Made by a program: the position numbers and the translations under genes. Positions 18,865 to 27,190 of a DNA stretch of 64,000 bases are shown here, one piece after another. The stretch lies in contig JAVKIP010000001.1 in NCBI GenBank assembly GCA_031459385.1, positions 128,001 to 192,000 on the forward strand. Direction: 5' to 3'. This DNA comes from Candidatus Fervidifonticultor secundus. Its GTDB lineage: Bacteria; Sysuimicrobiota; Sysuimicrobiia; Sysuimicrobiales; Humicultoraceae. Each line of letters begins with the position of its first letter. Positions within the stretch are counted from its first letter, which is position 1. Under the pieces are notes generated by a model. That model made no database searches and was not told the origin of the DNA. It saw nothing but the letters and a program-made list of their open reading frames with translations.

Positions 18865-19971
18865 ATGGAGAAGCGTCGTGACCTGCAGGTGCCTGTCGCC
18901 GGTGCCGACCCCTCGTGCTGCCCGCCGGACGATGCGGAGGTGGTCAGCGACGGCTTCATGCCGCGGCGCGCGTTCCTGGCCAGGCTGTCGCAGGTTGGGC
19001 TGGCCGCGGCCGGGTGGGCCTGGCTGGCCGACCGCCCCGCGGCGGCGCAGGGCCGGCGGCGCGTGCGGCTGGCGTTCTGCAGTCAACTGCTCTGCATCAT
19101 TCCCTACGAGGTCGCCCGGCGGCAGGGCTACTACGCAGAGGAGGGTCTCGATGTCGAGCTCGTGTACTTCCGGGGCGGCAGCGCGGCCATACAGGCGCTG
19201 GTGGGCGGCGCGGTCGAGTACGCAGCCACGTCGTTCGACGTGGTGCTGGCTGCGGCGAGCCGCGGCGCCGACGTGGTGCGCTTCTTCACCACGGGCCGGC
19301 TGCCGCTGTTCGCCCTGGCCGTCGCGCCGCACGCGGCAGAGGCGGTGCGCGGGCTGCCGGACCTGCGCGGGCGCACGGTCGGCGTCTCCGCGCTTGGCAA
19401 CGCTGACCACCTGCTGGCTGGCTACCTGCTCCAGCGCGCGGGCGTGCGGCCGACGGCGGTGCAGTTCGCCGTGCTCGGGCCCAACCTCTTCGAGGCGCTG
19501 CGCGCCGGGCACGTCGACGCCGGCATGGTGCAGGAGCCCGCGGCCACGCTGCTGGAGCAGCGTGGCGGGCGCGTGCTCGTCAACCTCATGGATCTGGCGC
19601 AGGCCCGGCGCTACCTGGGCGGGCCGTACGAGTTCATGGGGGTCGCCGTGCGCGCGCCCGAGTGGCAGGAGCGGCAGGCCGAGATGCGGGCGCTGGCGCG
19701 GGCGCTGGAGCGCGCGCTGCGGTTCATCCACTACGGCACGCCGCGGCTGGTGATCGACGCGCTGCCGGCCGAACTGATCGCGGGCGGCGACCGCGCGCTG
19801 CTGGAGCAGGTGCTGGCCCGGCACCGGCGGTCGCTCTACCCGCAGGATGGTCGCATCGACCTGGCCGCGGCGCGCCGGGTCGTCGCCGTGCAGCAGCAGG
19901 CCGGGGCGCCTGTAGCCGCAGACCTCGCGCGGCTGCTCAACCCGGCCATCGCGGGGGCGGCCAGCCCGTGA
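18865..19971 (+). CDS. NitT/TauT (sulfonate/taurine-type) ABC substrate-binding protein, Tat-exported
   Basis: ATG with GGAGG SD; PRRAFL twin-arginine motif; GYYAEEGLDVELV..RGG..AIQAL.GG.V and DLRGRTVGV. Confidence 0.85.
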   Translation: MEKRRDLQVPVAGADPSCCPPDDAEVVSDGFMPRRAFLARLSQVGLAAAGWAWLADRPAAAQGRRRVRLAFCSQLLCIIPYEVARRQGYYAEEGLDVELVYFRGGSAAIQALVGGAVEYAATSFDVVLAAASRGADVVRFFTTGRLPLFALAVAPHAAEAVRGLPDLRGRTVGVSALGNADHLLAGYLLQRAGVRPTAVQFAVLGPNLFEALRAGHVDAGMVQEPAATLLEQRGGRVLVNLMDLAQARRYLGGPYEFMGVAVRAPEWQERQAEMRALARALERALRFIHYGTPRLVIDALPAELIAGGDRALLEQVLARHRRSLYPQDGRIDLAAARRVVAVQQQAGAPVAADLARLLNPAIAGAASP

Positions 19972-20759
19972 TGGTCGGGGGCGTGGCGCTGGAGATCCGC
20001 GACCTGACCGTCGCCTACGGGCACCACGAGGTGCTGCGCGATTTGAACCTCGTGGTCCCCGAGGGACAGTTCGTGGGCCTGGTCGGTCCGTCGGGCTGCG
20101 GCAAGAGCACGCTGCTGCGGGCCGTGGCGGGGCTGGTCCCGCCGGCCCGCGGCACGCTGGCGGTGTTCGGGCGCGCGGTGACCGGGTGCGCCCCGGAGGT
20201 CGGCATGCTCTTCCAGGAAGACGCGTTGCTGCCGTGGCGCACCGCACGGGACAACGTGGCCCTCGGCCTGCGGTTTCGCGGGATGGCGGCGGGCGATGCT
20301 CGCGCCGCAGCGCGGGCCTGGCTCGAGCGCCTGGGACTGGGTGCGTTCGCTGACCACTTCCCGCACGAGCTCTCCGGCGGCATGAAGAAGCGCGTGGCGC
20401 TGGCCCAGGTGCTCGCGCCGCAGCCGCGCCTGCTGTTGATGGACGAGCCGTTCGCGAGCCTCGACGCCATCGTGCGGACGGTGCTGGAGGCGGAGTTCGC
20501 GCGGCTGGTGCGCGCCGAGGGCCTCACCGTCGTCCTGGTGACGCACGACCTGGAGGAGGCGCTGCTGCTCGCAGACCGCGTGGCCGTCCTCTCGGCCGGG
20601 CCGGCTGCGCGCATCCTGCGCGTCTACGACGTGCCGTTTCCGCACCCGCGAGACCCGGTGCACCTGCGCGGCGCGCCGGTCTTCGGCCGGCTGCTGGCGC
20701 GGCTCTGGGGCGACCTGCGCGCGGAAGTGGGCCGGATGGGCTGGGAGGTGCCGGCATGA
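19971..20759 (+). CDS. NitT/TauT ABC ATP-binding protein
   Basis: GPSGCGKST, LLPWRT, LSGGMKKR, LLMDEPF. Confidence 0.92.
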   Translation: MVGGVALEIRDLTVAYGHHEVLRDLNLVVPEGQFVGLVGPSGCGKSTLLRAVAGLVPPARGTLAVFGRAVTGCAPEVGMLFQEDALLPWRTARDNVALGLRFRGMAAGDARAAARAWLERLGLGAFADHFPHELSGGMKKRVALAQVLAPQPRLLLMDEPFASLDAIVRTVLEAEFARLVRAEGLTVVLVTHDLEEALLLADRVAVLSAGPAARILRVYDVPFPHPRDPVHLRGAPVFGRLLARLWGDLRAEVGRMGWEVPA

Positions 20760-21652
20760 GGCGCCTGGGCGCGCTCGTGGCGCTGCTGGCGGTGTGGGAA
20801 GCGGTCGTGCGGATGGGGTGGGTCAGCCCGCTGCTGGTCCCGCCGCCGGTCGTGGTGGCCCGCGTCGTCGCCGACCTCGTGCGGGGCGGTGCGCTGTGGG
20901 GGCACGTCGGTGCGACACTGCTGGAGGCGCTGGGCGGCCTGGGGCTGGGCGTCGCCGCGGGCGGGCTCCTCGGGCTGGCCGCGGGCCTGCTGCCGCCGGT
21001 CGCGGACCTGCTGCAGCCGGCCATGGCCGTGCTGAACGCCGTGCCGCGGGTGATCCTGGCGCCGCTGCTGGTGATCTGGTTCGGGATCGGCGTGGCGTCG
21101 AAGATCGCGCTGAGCTTCCTCCTCGTGGCCGTCACCGTGTTCTTCGCCGTGTACGGCGGCATCCGCGAAACCGACCCCCGGCTGGTGGAACGGGTGCGCA
21201 CGCTGGGGGGCGATGCGTGGGCCGTGGTGCGCGAGGTCTACGCCCCGTCGGTGGGCGCCTGGGTGGTGAGCAGCCTCAAGCTGGCCGTCGGCTTCGCGTT
21301 CACGGGCGCGGTCGTGGGCGAGTTCGTCGCGTCCAGCCGTGGCCTGGGCTACCTGCTGTCGTTTGCCCAGAGCACCTACAACGCGGCCCTCACCGTGGCG
21401 CTCATCGCGCTGGTGATGGCGGTGACCCTGACGCTGTTCGCGGGGCTGGAGCGCGGGGAGCGCCGGCTGCTCCGATGGAAGCACGGTGCGCGGCCTCGAC
21501 GCGCGCCAGGATCCCGCGCCGCGGCGCCCGTCTCGGCACGTGAGACGGTGCCCGCCCCCGCGTCCGGCGAAGGAGGAGCCCGCACGCAGCCCGAAGCCCC
21601 TGGAGGTTTTTCCGATCGGCCGCCCGCGACCCGGGCGCAGGAGGTGGGGTGA
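20756..21652 (+). CDS. NitT/TauT ABC permease
   Basis: PLLVIWFGIG, GAVVGEF...RGLG; low-complexity C-terminal tail. Confidence 0.88.
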   Translation: MRRLGALVALLAVWEAVVRMGWVSPLLVPPPVVVARVVADLVRGGALWGHVGATLLEALGGLGLGVAAGGLLGLAAGLLPPVADLLQPAMAVLNAVPRVILAPLLVIWFGIGVASKIALSFLLVAVTVFFAVYGGIRETDPRLVERVRTLGGDAWAVVREVYAPSVGAWVVSSLKLAVGFAFTGAVVGEFVASSRGLGYLLSFAQSTYNAALTVALIALVMAVTLTLFAGLERGERRLLRWKHGARPRRAPGSRAAAPVSARETVPAPASGEGGARTQPEAPGGFSDRPPATRAQEVG

Positions 21653-22921
21653 GTGGCGATGAATTTCCTGGTGCGCGTCAGGCGGGGGGCCCTGGCGGCA
21701 GTGGTGAGTGCGGCGCTCGTCGCCGGTCTGGGGACGTGGGGCGCCGCGCAGCAGCGGACGGCGCTGCGCTTCTGGATGTCCGCGGATCCTGCCCTGGAAC
21801 AGGCGATGGACGCACTGCTCCAGGGCTATATGCGGGCCAATCCGACCGTCACGGTCCAGCGCGACGCCTTCCCGTTCATCGAGTACCACCAGAAACTGAC
21901 CACCGCCTTCGCCGCAGGCGATCCGCCCGACGTCTTCTGGATGGACGTGCGCACGGCGGCGTTCGCGGCCCAGGGCAGCCTGCTGGTGCTCGAGCGCTTC
22001 ATCACGCCGCAGAACAAAGCCGACATCCTTGAGTCGGGGTTGATCGAGCCGGTCTGGAAGGGCAAGCTCTACGGCGTGCCGATGCACGAGCTCACCGAGG
22101 GCCTGTTCGTCAACCGGGCCATGCTCGAGGAGGCGGGCATCCGCATCCCGCAGCGGCTCAACGAGGCGTGGACCTGGGACGAGTTCGTCACCATCGCGCG
22201 GCGGCTCACGAAGCGGACCGGCGAGCGCACCGACGTCTGGGGCTTCGGCGTGCTCCGGCACCTGAGCGACTGGCCGATCCTGCCCATCATCTACCAGAAC
22301 AACGGCGCGGTGTTGAGTCCCGACCTGAAGAAGGCCACCGGCTACCTGAACAGCCCGGCCACCGTCGAGGCACTGCGCTGGTACCAGGAGCTGTTCACGC
22401 GGCACCGGGTCATCGCCTTCGATCCGATTCCCGAGGGCTTCCCCACCGGGAAGATCGCGATCTTCCAGGCGCCCAGCACCTACCGCGCGGTGCTGGACCG
22501 GCGCTACCCCGACTTCAAGTACGCGGTCATCCCCATGTTCCGCGGGAAGCGCTGCGCGGTGACGGCGGGCGGGTGGAACGTGTCGATCTCGGCGAAGACC
22601 AGGCATCCTGAGGTGGCCTGGTCGCTGGTGGACTGGCTCACCCGCGAGCGCCACCAGGAGTGGGTGCGGACCAGCGGGTACCTGCCCGTGCGCAAGTCCC
22701 TGGTGCAGCGGGACCCGCAGTTCCGGCAGTACCCGTGGAGCATCTTCATAGCGCAGCTCCAGGCGTGCCAGATCCACCGGCCGCACACGCCGGCATACAA
22801 CTTCTTCTTCGACACGTTCCTGGCCATCGCCAAGGACGTGGCGCTGGGCCGGGACGTGCAGAAGGTGCTGGACGACGCGGCGGCGCGTCTGGACGTGGCG
22901 CTGGCCCGCGGCGGCCGCTAG
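21653..22921 (+). CDS. Carbohydrate (CUT1) ABC substrate-binding protein
   Basis: Signal peptide, PPDVF, GKLYGVP, WTWDEF, GGW...I motifs. Start is GTG 21653 or ATG 21659. Confidence 0.88.
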   Translation: MAMNFLVRVRRGALAAVVSAALVAGLGTWGAAQQRTALRFWMSADPALEQAMDALLQGYMRANPTVTVQRDAFPFIEYHQKLTTAFAAGDPPDVFWMDVRTAAFAAQGSLLVLERFITPQNKADILESGLIEPVWKGKLYGVPMHELTEGLFVNRAMLEEAGIRIPQRLNEAWTWDEFVTIARRLTKRTGERTDVWGFGVLRHLSDWPILPIIYQNNGAVLSPDLKKATGYLNSPATVEALRWYQELFTRHRVIAFDPIPEGFPTGKIAIFQAPSTYRAVLDRRYPDFKYAVIPMFRGKRCAVTAGGWNVSISAKTRHPEVAWSLVDWLTRERHQEWVRTSGYLPVRKSLVQRDPQFRQYPWSIFIAQLQACQIHRPHTPAYNFFFDTFLAIAKDVALGRDVQKVLDDAAARLDVALARGGR

Positions 22922-22926
22922 CGCGC

Positions 22927-23859
22927 GTGACCTGGTCGGTGCGCCGGCGGGCGCCAGCGGCGCCCGGGGCGCGTCGGCCCCCGGGGGCGGGCCTGGCCCG
23001 CCAGCGGTACCGGGCCGCGGCGATCTTCCTGCTGCCCGCGACGGTGGGGATCGTGCTCTTTTCGCTCCTGCCGATCCTCCAGGCGCTGCGGCTGAGCCTC
23101 TTCGACTACTCGCTGCTCAGCCCAGAGCGGCTGTTCGTCGGGGGCGCCAACTACGCGCGGGCGGCGCAGGATCCCATCTTCCGCATCGCGCTGCGCAACA
23201 CGCTGGTCTACGCCGCGCTGCTCGTGGCGCTGCAGACGGTGGCCGCACTGGGGCTCGCGCTGCTCCTGAAGCGCCCGGTTCGGGGGCTGGCGTTCTTCCG
23301 CTCGGCGTTCTTCATCCCGGTGGTGACGTCGCTGGTGGTCATCAGCACGGTGTGGAAGCTGATGTACAACTCCCAGGGGGTCATCAACAGCGTGCTGGCG
23401 GCCCTGGGCCTGCCGCCGCAGCCGTTCCTGGCCAGCGCCGACCAGGCGCTGGCCAGCCTGGTGCTGATGAGCGTGTGGAAAGAGGTCGGCTTCTACATGC
23501 TCATCTTCCTGGCGGGGCTGCAGGCGATCCCCGGCGAGCTGTACGAGAGCGCGGCCATCGACGGGGCCACGGCCTGGCAGAGCTTCTGGCGGATCACGCT
23601 GCCGCTGCTGCGGCGCGCGGCGGTCTTCGTCGTCGTGGTCGGTACGATCTCGGCCTTCAAGGTGTTCACGCCGGTCTACCTGATGACCGACGGTGGACCG
23701 GCCGACAGCACCATGGTCATGGTGTTCTACATCTTCCGCACGGCCTTCCGGTACTTCGAGATGGGGTTCGCGGCGGCGATGTCGTTCGTGCTGCTGGTCG
23801 TCGTCCTGCTCCTGACCCTGGTGCAGTTCCGGCTGCTGCGCACCACGGTGGAGTACTGA
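22927..23859 (+). CDS. Carbohydrate ABC permease
   Basis: EAA loop LYESAAIDGA..WQ.FW.ITLPLL. Confidence 0.9.
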   Translation: MTWSVRRRAPAAPGARRPPGAGLARQRYRAAAIFLLPATVGIVLFSLLPILQALRLSLFDYSLLSPERLFVGGANYARAAQDPIFRIALRNTLVYAALLVALQTVAALGLALLLKRPVRGLAFFRSAFFIPVVTSLVVISTVWKLMYNSQGVINSVLAALGLPPQPFLASADQALASLVLMSVWKEVGFYMLIFLAGLQAIPGELYESAAIDGATAWQSFWRITLPLLRRAAVFVVVVGTISAFKVFTPVYLMTDGGPADSTMVMVFYIFRTAFRYFEMGFAAAMSFVLLVVVLLLTLVQFRLLRTTVEY

Positions 23860-23862
23860 GGG

Positions 23863-24786
23863 GTGCGGCGGGCGGAGCGCGGATCGCTGGCGGCGGCGCC
23901 CCCGGGAGCCGGGGCCCGGGCGGCGGGCTCGCCCTGGACCCTGGTGGGGCGCGGCGTGGGGCGGGTGAGCCTGTACCTGGCGCTCGGTGCCCTGGCCGCG
24001 GTCTTCCTGGTGCCGTACCTCTGGATGGCTGCGTCCTCGCTGCGCCCGCAGGCCGAGATCTTCCGGTACGTATCGCCGCTGTCGTGGCGGACGTTCGTGC
24101 CGGACGTGCTGACCCTCGACGCCTACCGCGAGCTGTTCCGGCTGGTGCCCTTTCCCTTCTCGCGCTACCTGCTCAACAGCGTGTTCGTGGCCACGACGGT
24201 CACCCTCCTGAGCCTGGTCGTCAACGCCATGGCCGCCTACGCCTTCGCCCGCCTGGCGTTCCCCGGGCGCGAGGTCCTCTTCGCGCTGTTCCTGAGCACG
24301 ATGATCGTGCCGTTCGAAGTGCTGGCCATTCCGCTCTACCTGCAGGTGCGCGCGCTGGGCTGGGTCAACACGTACCAGGCGCTGATCATCCCGTGGGTGG
24401 CCAACCCCCTGGGCATCTTCCTGCTGCGGCAGTTCTTCCAGGAGATCCCCCGGGAGCTGGAGGAGGCCGCCCGCATCGACGGGTGCTCGTACTACGGCGC
24501 GTTCCGGCACGTCGTGCTGCCCAACGCCGTTCCCGCCCTGGTCGCGTTCGCCCTGATCCGCTTCCAGGCCAGCTGGGACGCGTTCCTGTGGCCGCTGATC
24601 GCGGCGCCGGCGGCGGAGAAGCGGGTGATCCAGGTGGCGATCGCCAGCTTTGCCACCGAGGTGCAGACGCGCTGGGACCTGACGTTCGCGGCCAGCACGA
24701 TGGCCACCGTGCCCATCATCGTCGTCTTCCTGATCCTGCAGCGCTACTACGTGCAGGGGGTCGTGATGAGCGGGCTCAAGGGATGA
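23863..24786 (+). CDS. Carbohydrate ABC permease
   Basis: EAA loop ELEEAARIDG, WD.FLWPL. Confidence 0.9.
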   Translation: MRRAERGSLAAAPPGAGARAAGSPWTLVGRGVGRVSLYLALGALAAVFLVPYLWMAASSLRPQAEIFRYVSPLSWRTFVPDVLTLDAYRELFRLVPFPFSRYLLNSVFVATTVTLLSLVVNAMAAYAFARLAFPGREVLFALFLSTMIVPFEVLAIPLYLQVRALGWVNTYQALIIPWVANPLGIFLLRQFFQEIPRELEEAARIDGCSYYGAFRHVVLPNAVPALVAFALIRFQASWDAFLWPLIAAPAAEKRVIQVAIASFATEVQTRWDLTFAASTMATVPIIVVFLILQRYYVQGVVMSGLKG

Positions 24787-24904
24787 GGAGGACGCAGGTA
24801 CCGCGCGGGTGGCCGGCACGCGGCGGCCGGTGCGACGCGCCACCCTGGCGGATGCGGCACGCCAGCCTGTGGGCGTGCCGCGGCTTCGGACACTGGAGGA
24901 CGGG

Positions 24905-25990
24905 ATGAGCATGTACACCCACGACGCGATGCTCGCCGAGCTGCGCGCGATCGCCGCATCGGCCCGGCACGTGACGATCGACCGCGAGCAACTCGCCCGC
25001 GTGGCGGCGGTGCTGCGGGGCCGGCTGGGCGTCGACGACTTCCACATCCGCCGCGACTGTCCGTCGCTGGCGCCGGCGGAGGCGCTGCAGTTCTCCCTGG
25101 TGGCCGGGACCCACAACTTCCTCATCTGGCAGCGGACGTCCGGCGGCGGGGTCGAGCCCTGGCGCGCCTGCGTCGACGGCGAGGAGCGCTACGGGGCGCC
25201 GGCGATCTACGCCTGCCACCTGCGCGCCCTCCGCACGGGCCGGAACATCCTGGACGCGGACTACCTGGTGTCGATGACGCTGGCCGACATGGAGGACTAC
25301 TACCGCGACGAGCGCACCGGCGCGGTGACCCTGCAGTTCCTCCCACAGCGGCTGGCCAAGTTCCACGAGGTGGGCCGCGTGCTCCGCGAGCGCTACAGCG
25401 GCTCGTTCGTCACGCTGCTGGAGCGCGCCGAAGGCTGGCTGTTCCGGCCCGATGGCCAGGGGATCGCGCAGCGGCTCCTGGAGGACTTCCCGCTGTCGTA
25501 CGGCGACTGGCCGTTCTGCAAGCTGGTGATGGTCACCCTGGGCAACCTCTACGCCGACCGGGAGCACCTGGGGCCGGCGGGGACACCCGCCCGCGCGCTG
25601 GTGGACCTGCGGGACCCCGAGCACCTCGAGGTCGGGGCCGACTACTACCGACCGTTCTTCCTGTACCGGGTCGGCGTACTGCGGGTGAGCGAGGCGCTGC
25701 GGGCACGACTGCAGCAGCGGGTCCTGGTCGAGCGCGACAGCCCCATGGAGCGAGAATACCGCGCCTGGACGATCCTGGCAGCGCGGGAACTGGCCGAGCG
25801 CCTGGGCGTGCTGCCGCACGAACTGGCGAAGGAAACGTGGGCCATGGCCTTCATGCGCTGTCGGCCCTGTCACCCCGGGGTCGATCCGCAGGTGGTGCCG
25901 TGCGACTACCGGGAGACCTGCCACGCGTATACACGGGACCCGGCGCTCATGGACGCACTCTGGCCCCTGGTGCACACGCCGTGGTACTGA
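24905..25990 (+). CDS. Queuosine salvage family (DUF2419/Qng1-like) glycosylase paralogue A with C-terminal Cys cluster
   Basis: ATG with GGAGG SD; HVTID, NF.IW, ILDA.YL, EVGRVL.ERY.G, F.K, ADY, E.RA motifs in DUF2419 order; CRPC-x10-C-x5-C tail. Confidence 0.7.
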   Translation: MSMYTHDAMLAELRAIAASARHVTIDREQLARVAAVLRGRLGVDDFHIRRDCPSLAPAEALQFSLVAGTHNFLIWQRTSGGGVEPWRACVDGEERYGAPAIYACHLRALRTGRNILDADYLVSMTLADMEDYYRDERTGAVTLQFLPQRLAKFHEVGRVLRERYSGSFVTLLERAEGWLFRPDGQGIAQRLLEDFPLSYGDWPFCKLVMVTLGNLYADREHLGPAGTPARALVDLRDPEHLEVGADYYRPFFLYRVGVLRVSEALRARLQQRVLVERDSPMEREYRAWTILAARELAERLGVLPHELAKETWAMAFMRCRPCHPGVDPQVVPCDYRETCHAYTRDPALMDALWPLVHTPWY

Positions 25991-26009
25991 GCTGACCGGA
26001 GGAGGCCCC

Positions 26010-27113
26010 ATGCCGTATACCCACGAGGCGATGCGCCGCGAGATCGACGGCCTTGTCGGTTCCGCGGTCCACGTGACGATCGACGACGGCGCGGTGGCGG
26101 GCGTCGCCACCGTGATGCGCCAGCAGCTGGCCGCGGGCGGCGCGGCTTTCCAGACCGACCCCCAGCGGTACCCCGCCGAGTCGCCGGCCGAGAACACCCG
26201 TGATACGCTGCAGTTCTACCTGGTGCTGACCTCGCAGGAGTTCTGCATCTGGCGGCGCCGGACCGACGGTGCCGTCGAGGCCTGGGAGATCGAGATCGAT
26301 GGAGTGCGGTTCGTGGGCGCCCGCGGCATCGCCGCGGCACACATGCGCGCGCTGCGCCGGGGTCGGGACATCCTCGACGCCCGCTACCTGGCGGCGATGA
26401 CCCTCGACGATGTACGCGACTTCTACCGCGACGAGCGGACCGGCGAGGTCACCCTGCAGCTGCTGCCGCAGCGGCTGGCCAAGTTCAACGAATTGGGGCG
26501 GGTGCTGCTCGAGCGCTACGGCGGCCACGCGGCCAACCTGCTGGAGGCCGCCGGGGGGTATCTGTTCCGCGGCGACGACCAGGGGCTGATCCAGCGGCTG
26601 CTGCTGGACTTCCCCACGGCGTACTTCGACTGGCCGTTCTGCAAGCTGGCCATCCTCTACCCGAAGTTTCTGAGCACGCGGGCCACCGATGGGGTGCCGA
26701 CCACGGCGGAGTACCGGGCGCGGGCGCGCATCCACGACCCCGAGCACTTCGAGATCGCCGCCGACTACTACATCCCGCTGTTCTTCATCCGCACCGGGAT
26801 CTTCCGTGTCGACGACGAGCTAGCCAGGCGTCTGCGCGCGCAGCAACTCATCGAGCGCGACAGCCGCATGGAACGCGAGTACCGCGCGGCGACCATCGTG
26901 GCCGGTCGGCGGCTGGCCGAAGCCACCGGCGCCACGGTCAACGCCGTGGACACGGAGTGCTGGCGCATGGGCTACCTGGGGTGCCGACCGTGCCGGCTCG
27001 GCGTGAGCGACACCGAGCATCCGTGCGCCTACCGCGGCATCTCCCGCGCCTACCAGCAGGAACACGCGCTGATGGAGCTGCGGTGGCCGCTGGTGCTCAC
27101 CACGTGCTACTGA
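26010..27113 (+). CDS. Queuosine salvage family (DUF2419/Qng1-like) glycosylase paralogue B
   Basis: Clear paralogue of the upstream gene (shared YRDERTG.VTLQ.LPQRLAKF, DWPFCKL, ADYY, EREYRA, CRPC). Confidence 0.7.
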   Translation: MPYTHEAMRREIDGLVGSAVHVTIDDGAVAGVATVMRQQLAAGGAAFQTDPQRYPAESPAENTRDTLQFYLVLTSQEFCIWRRRTDGAVEAWEIEIDGVRFVGARGIAAAHMRALRRGRDILDARYLAAMTLDDVRDFYRDERTGEVTLQLLPQRLAKFNELGRVLLERYGGHAANLLEAAGGYLFRGDDQGLIQRLLLDFPTAYFDWPFCKLAILYPKFLSTRATDGVPTTAEYRARARIHDPEHFEIAADYYIPLFFIRTGIFRVDDELARRLRAQQLIERDSRMEREYRAATIVAGRRLAEATGATVNAVDTECWRMGYLGCRPCRLGVSDTEHPCAYRGISRAYQQEHALMELRWPLVLTTCY

Positions 27114-27190
27114 CGGTCCCCGGCGGCGGCCCGCGCGTCCGCGCCGCGCCGCCTGGCGCCGTCACTGCCGCGTGTTGAGGAGGACCCCGT

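Noticed and set aside
17323..20247. 974-aa minus-strand ORF and similar long Arg/Pro/Gly-rich ORFs (for example 54435-57584, 22918-25125)
   Set aside because: They are antisense or off-frame to well-supported genes and carry no recognisable motifs. Only the last 33 codons of the 974-aa ORF are kept, as the leader peptide.
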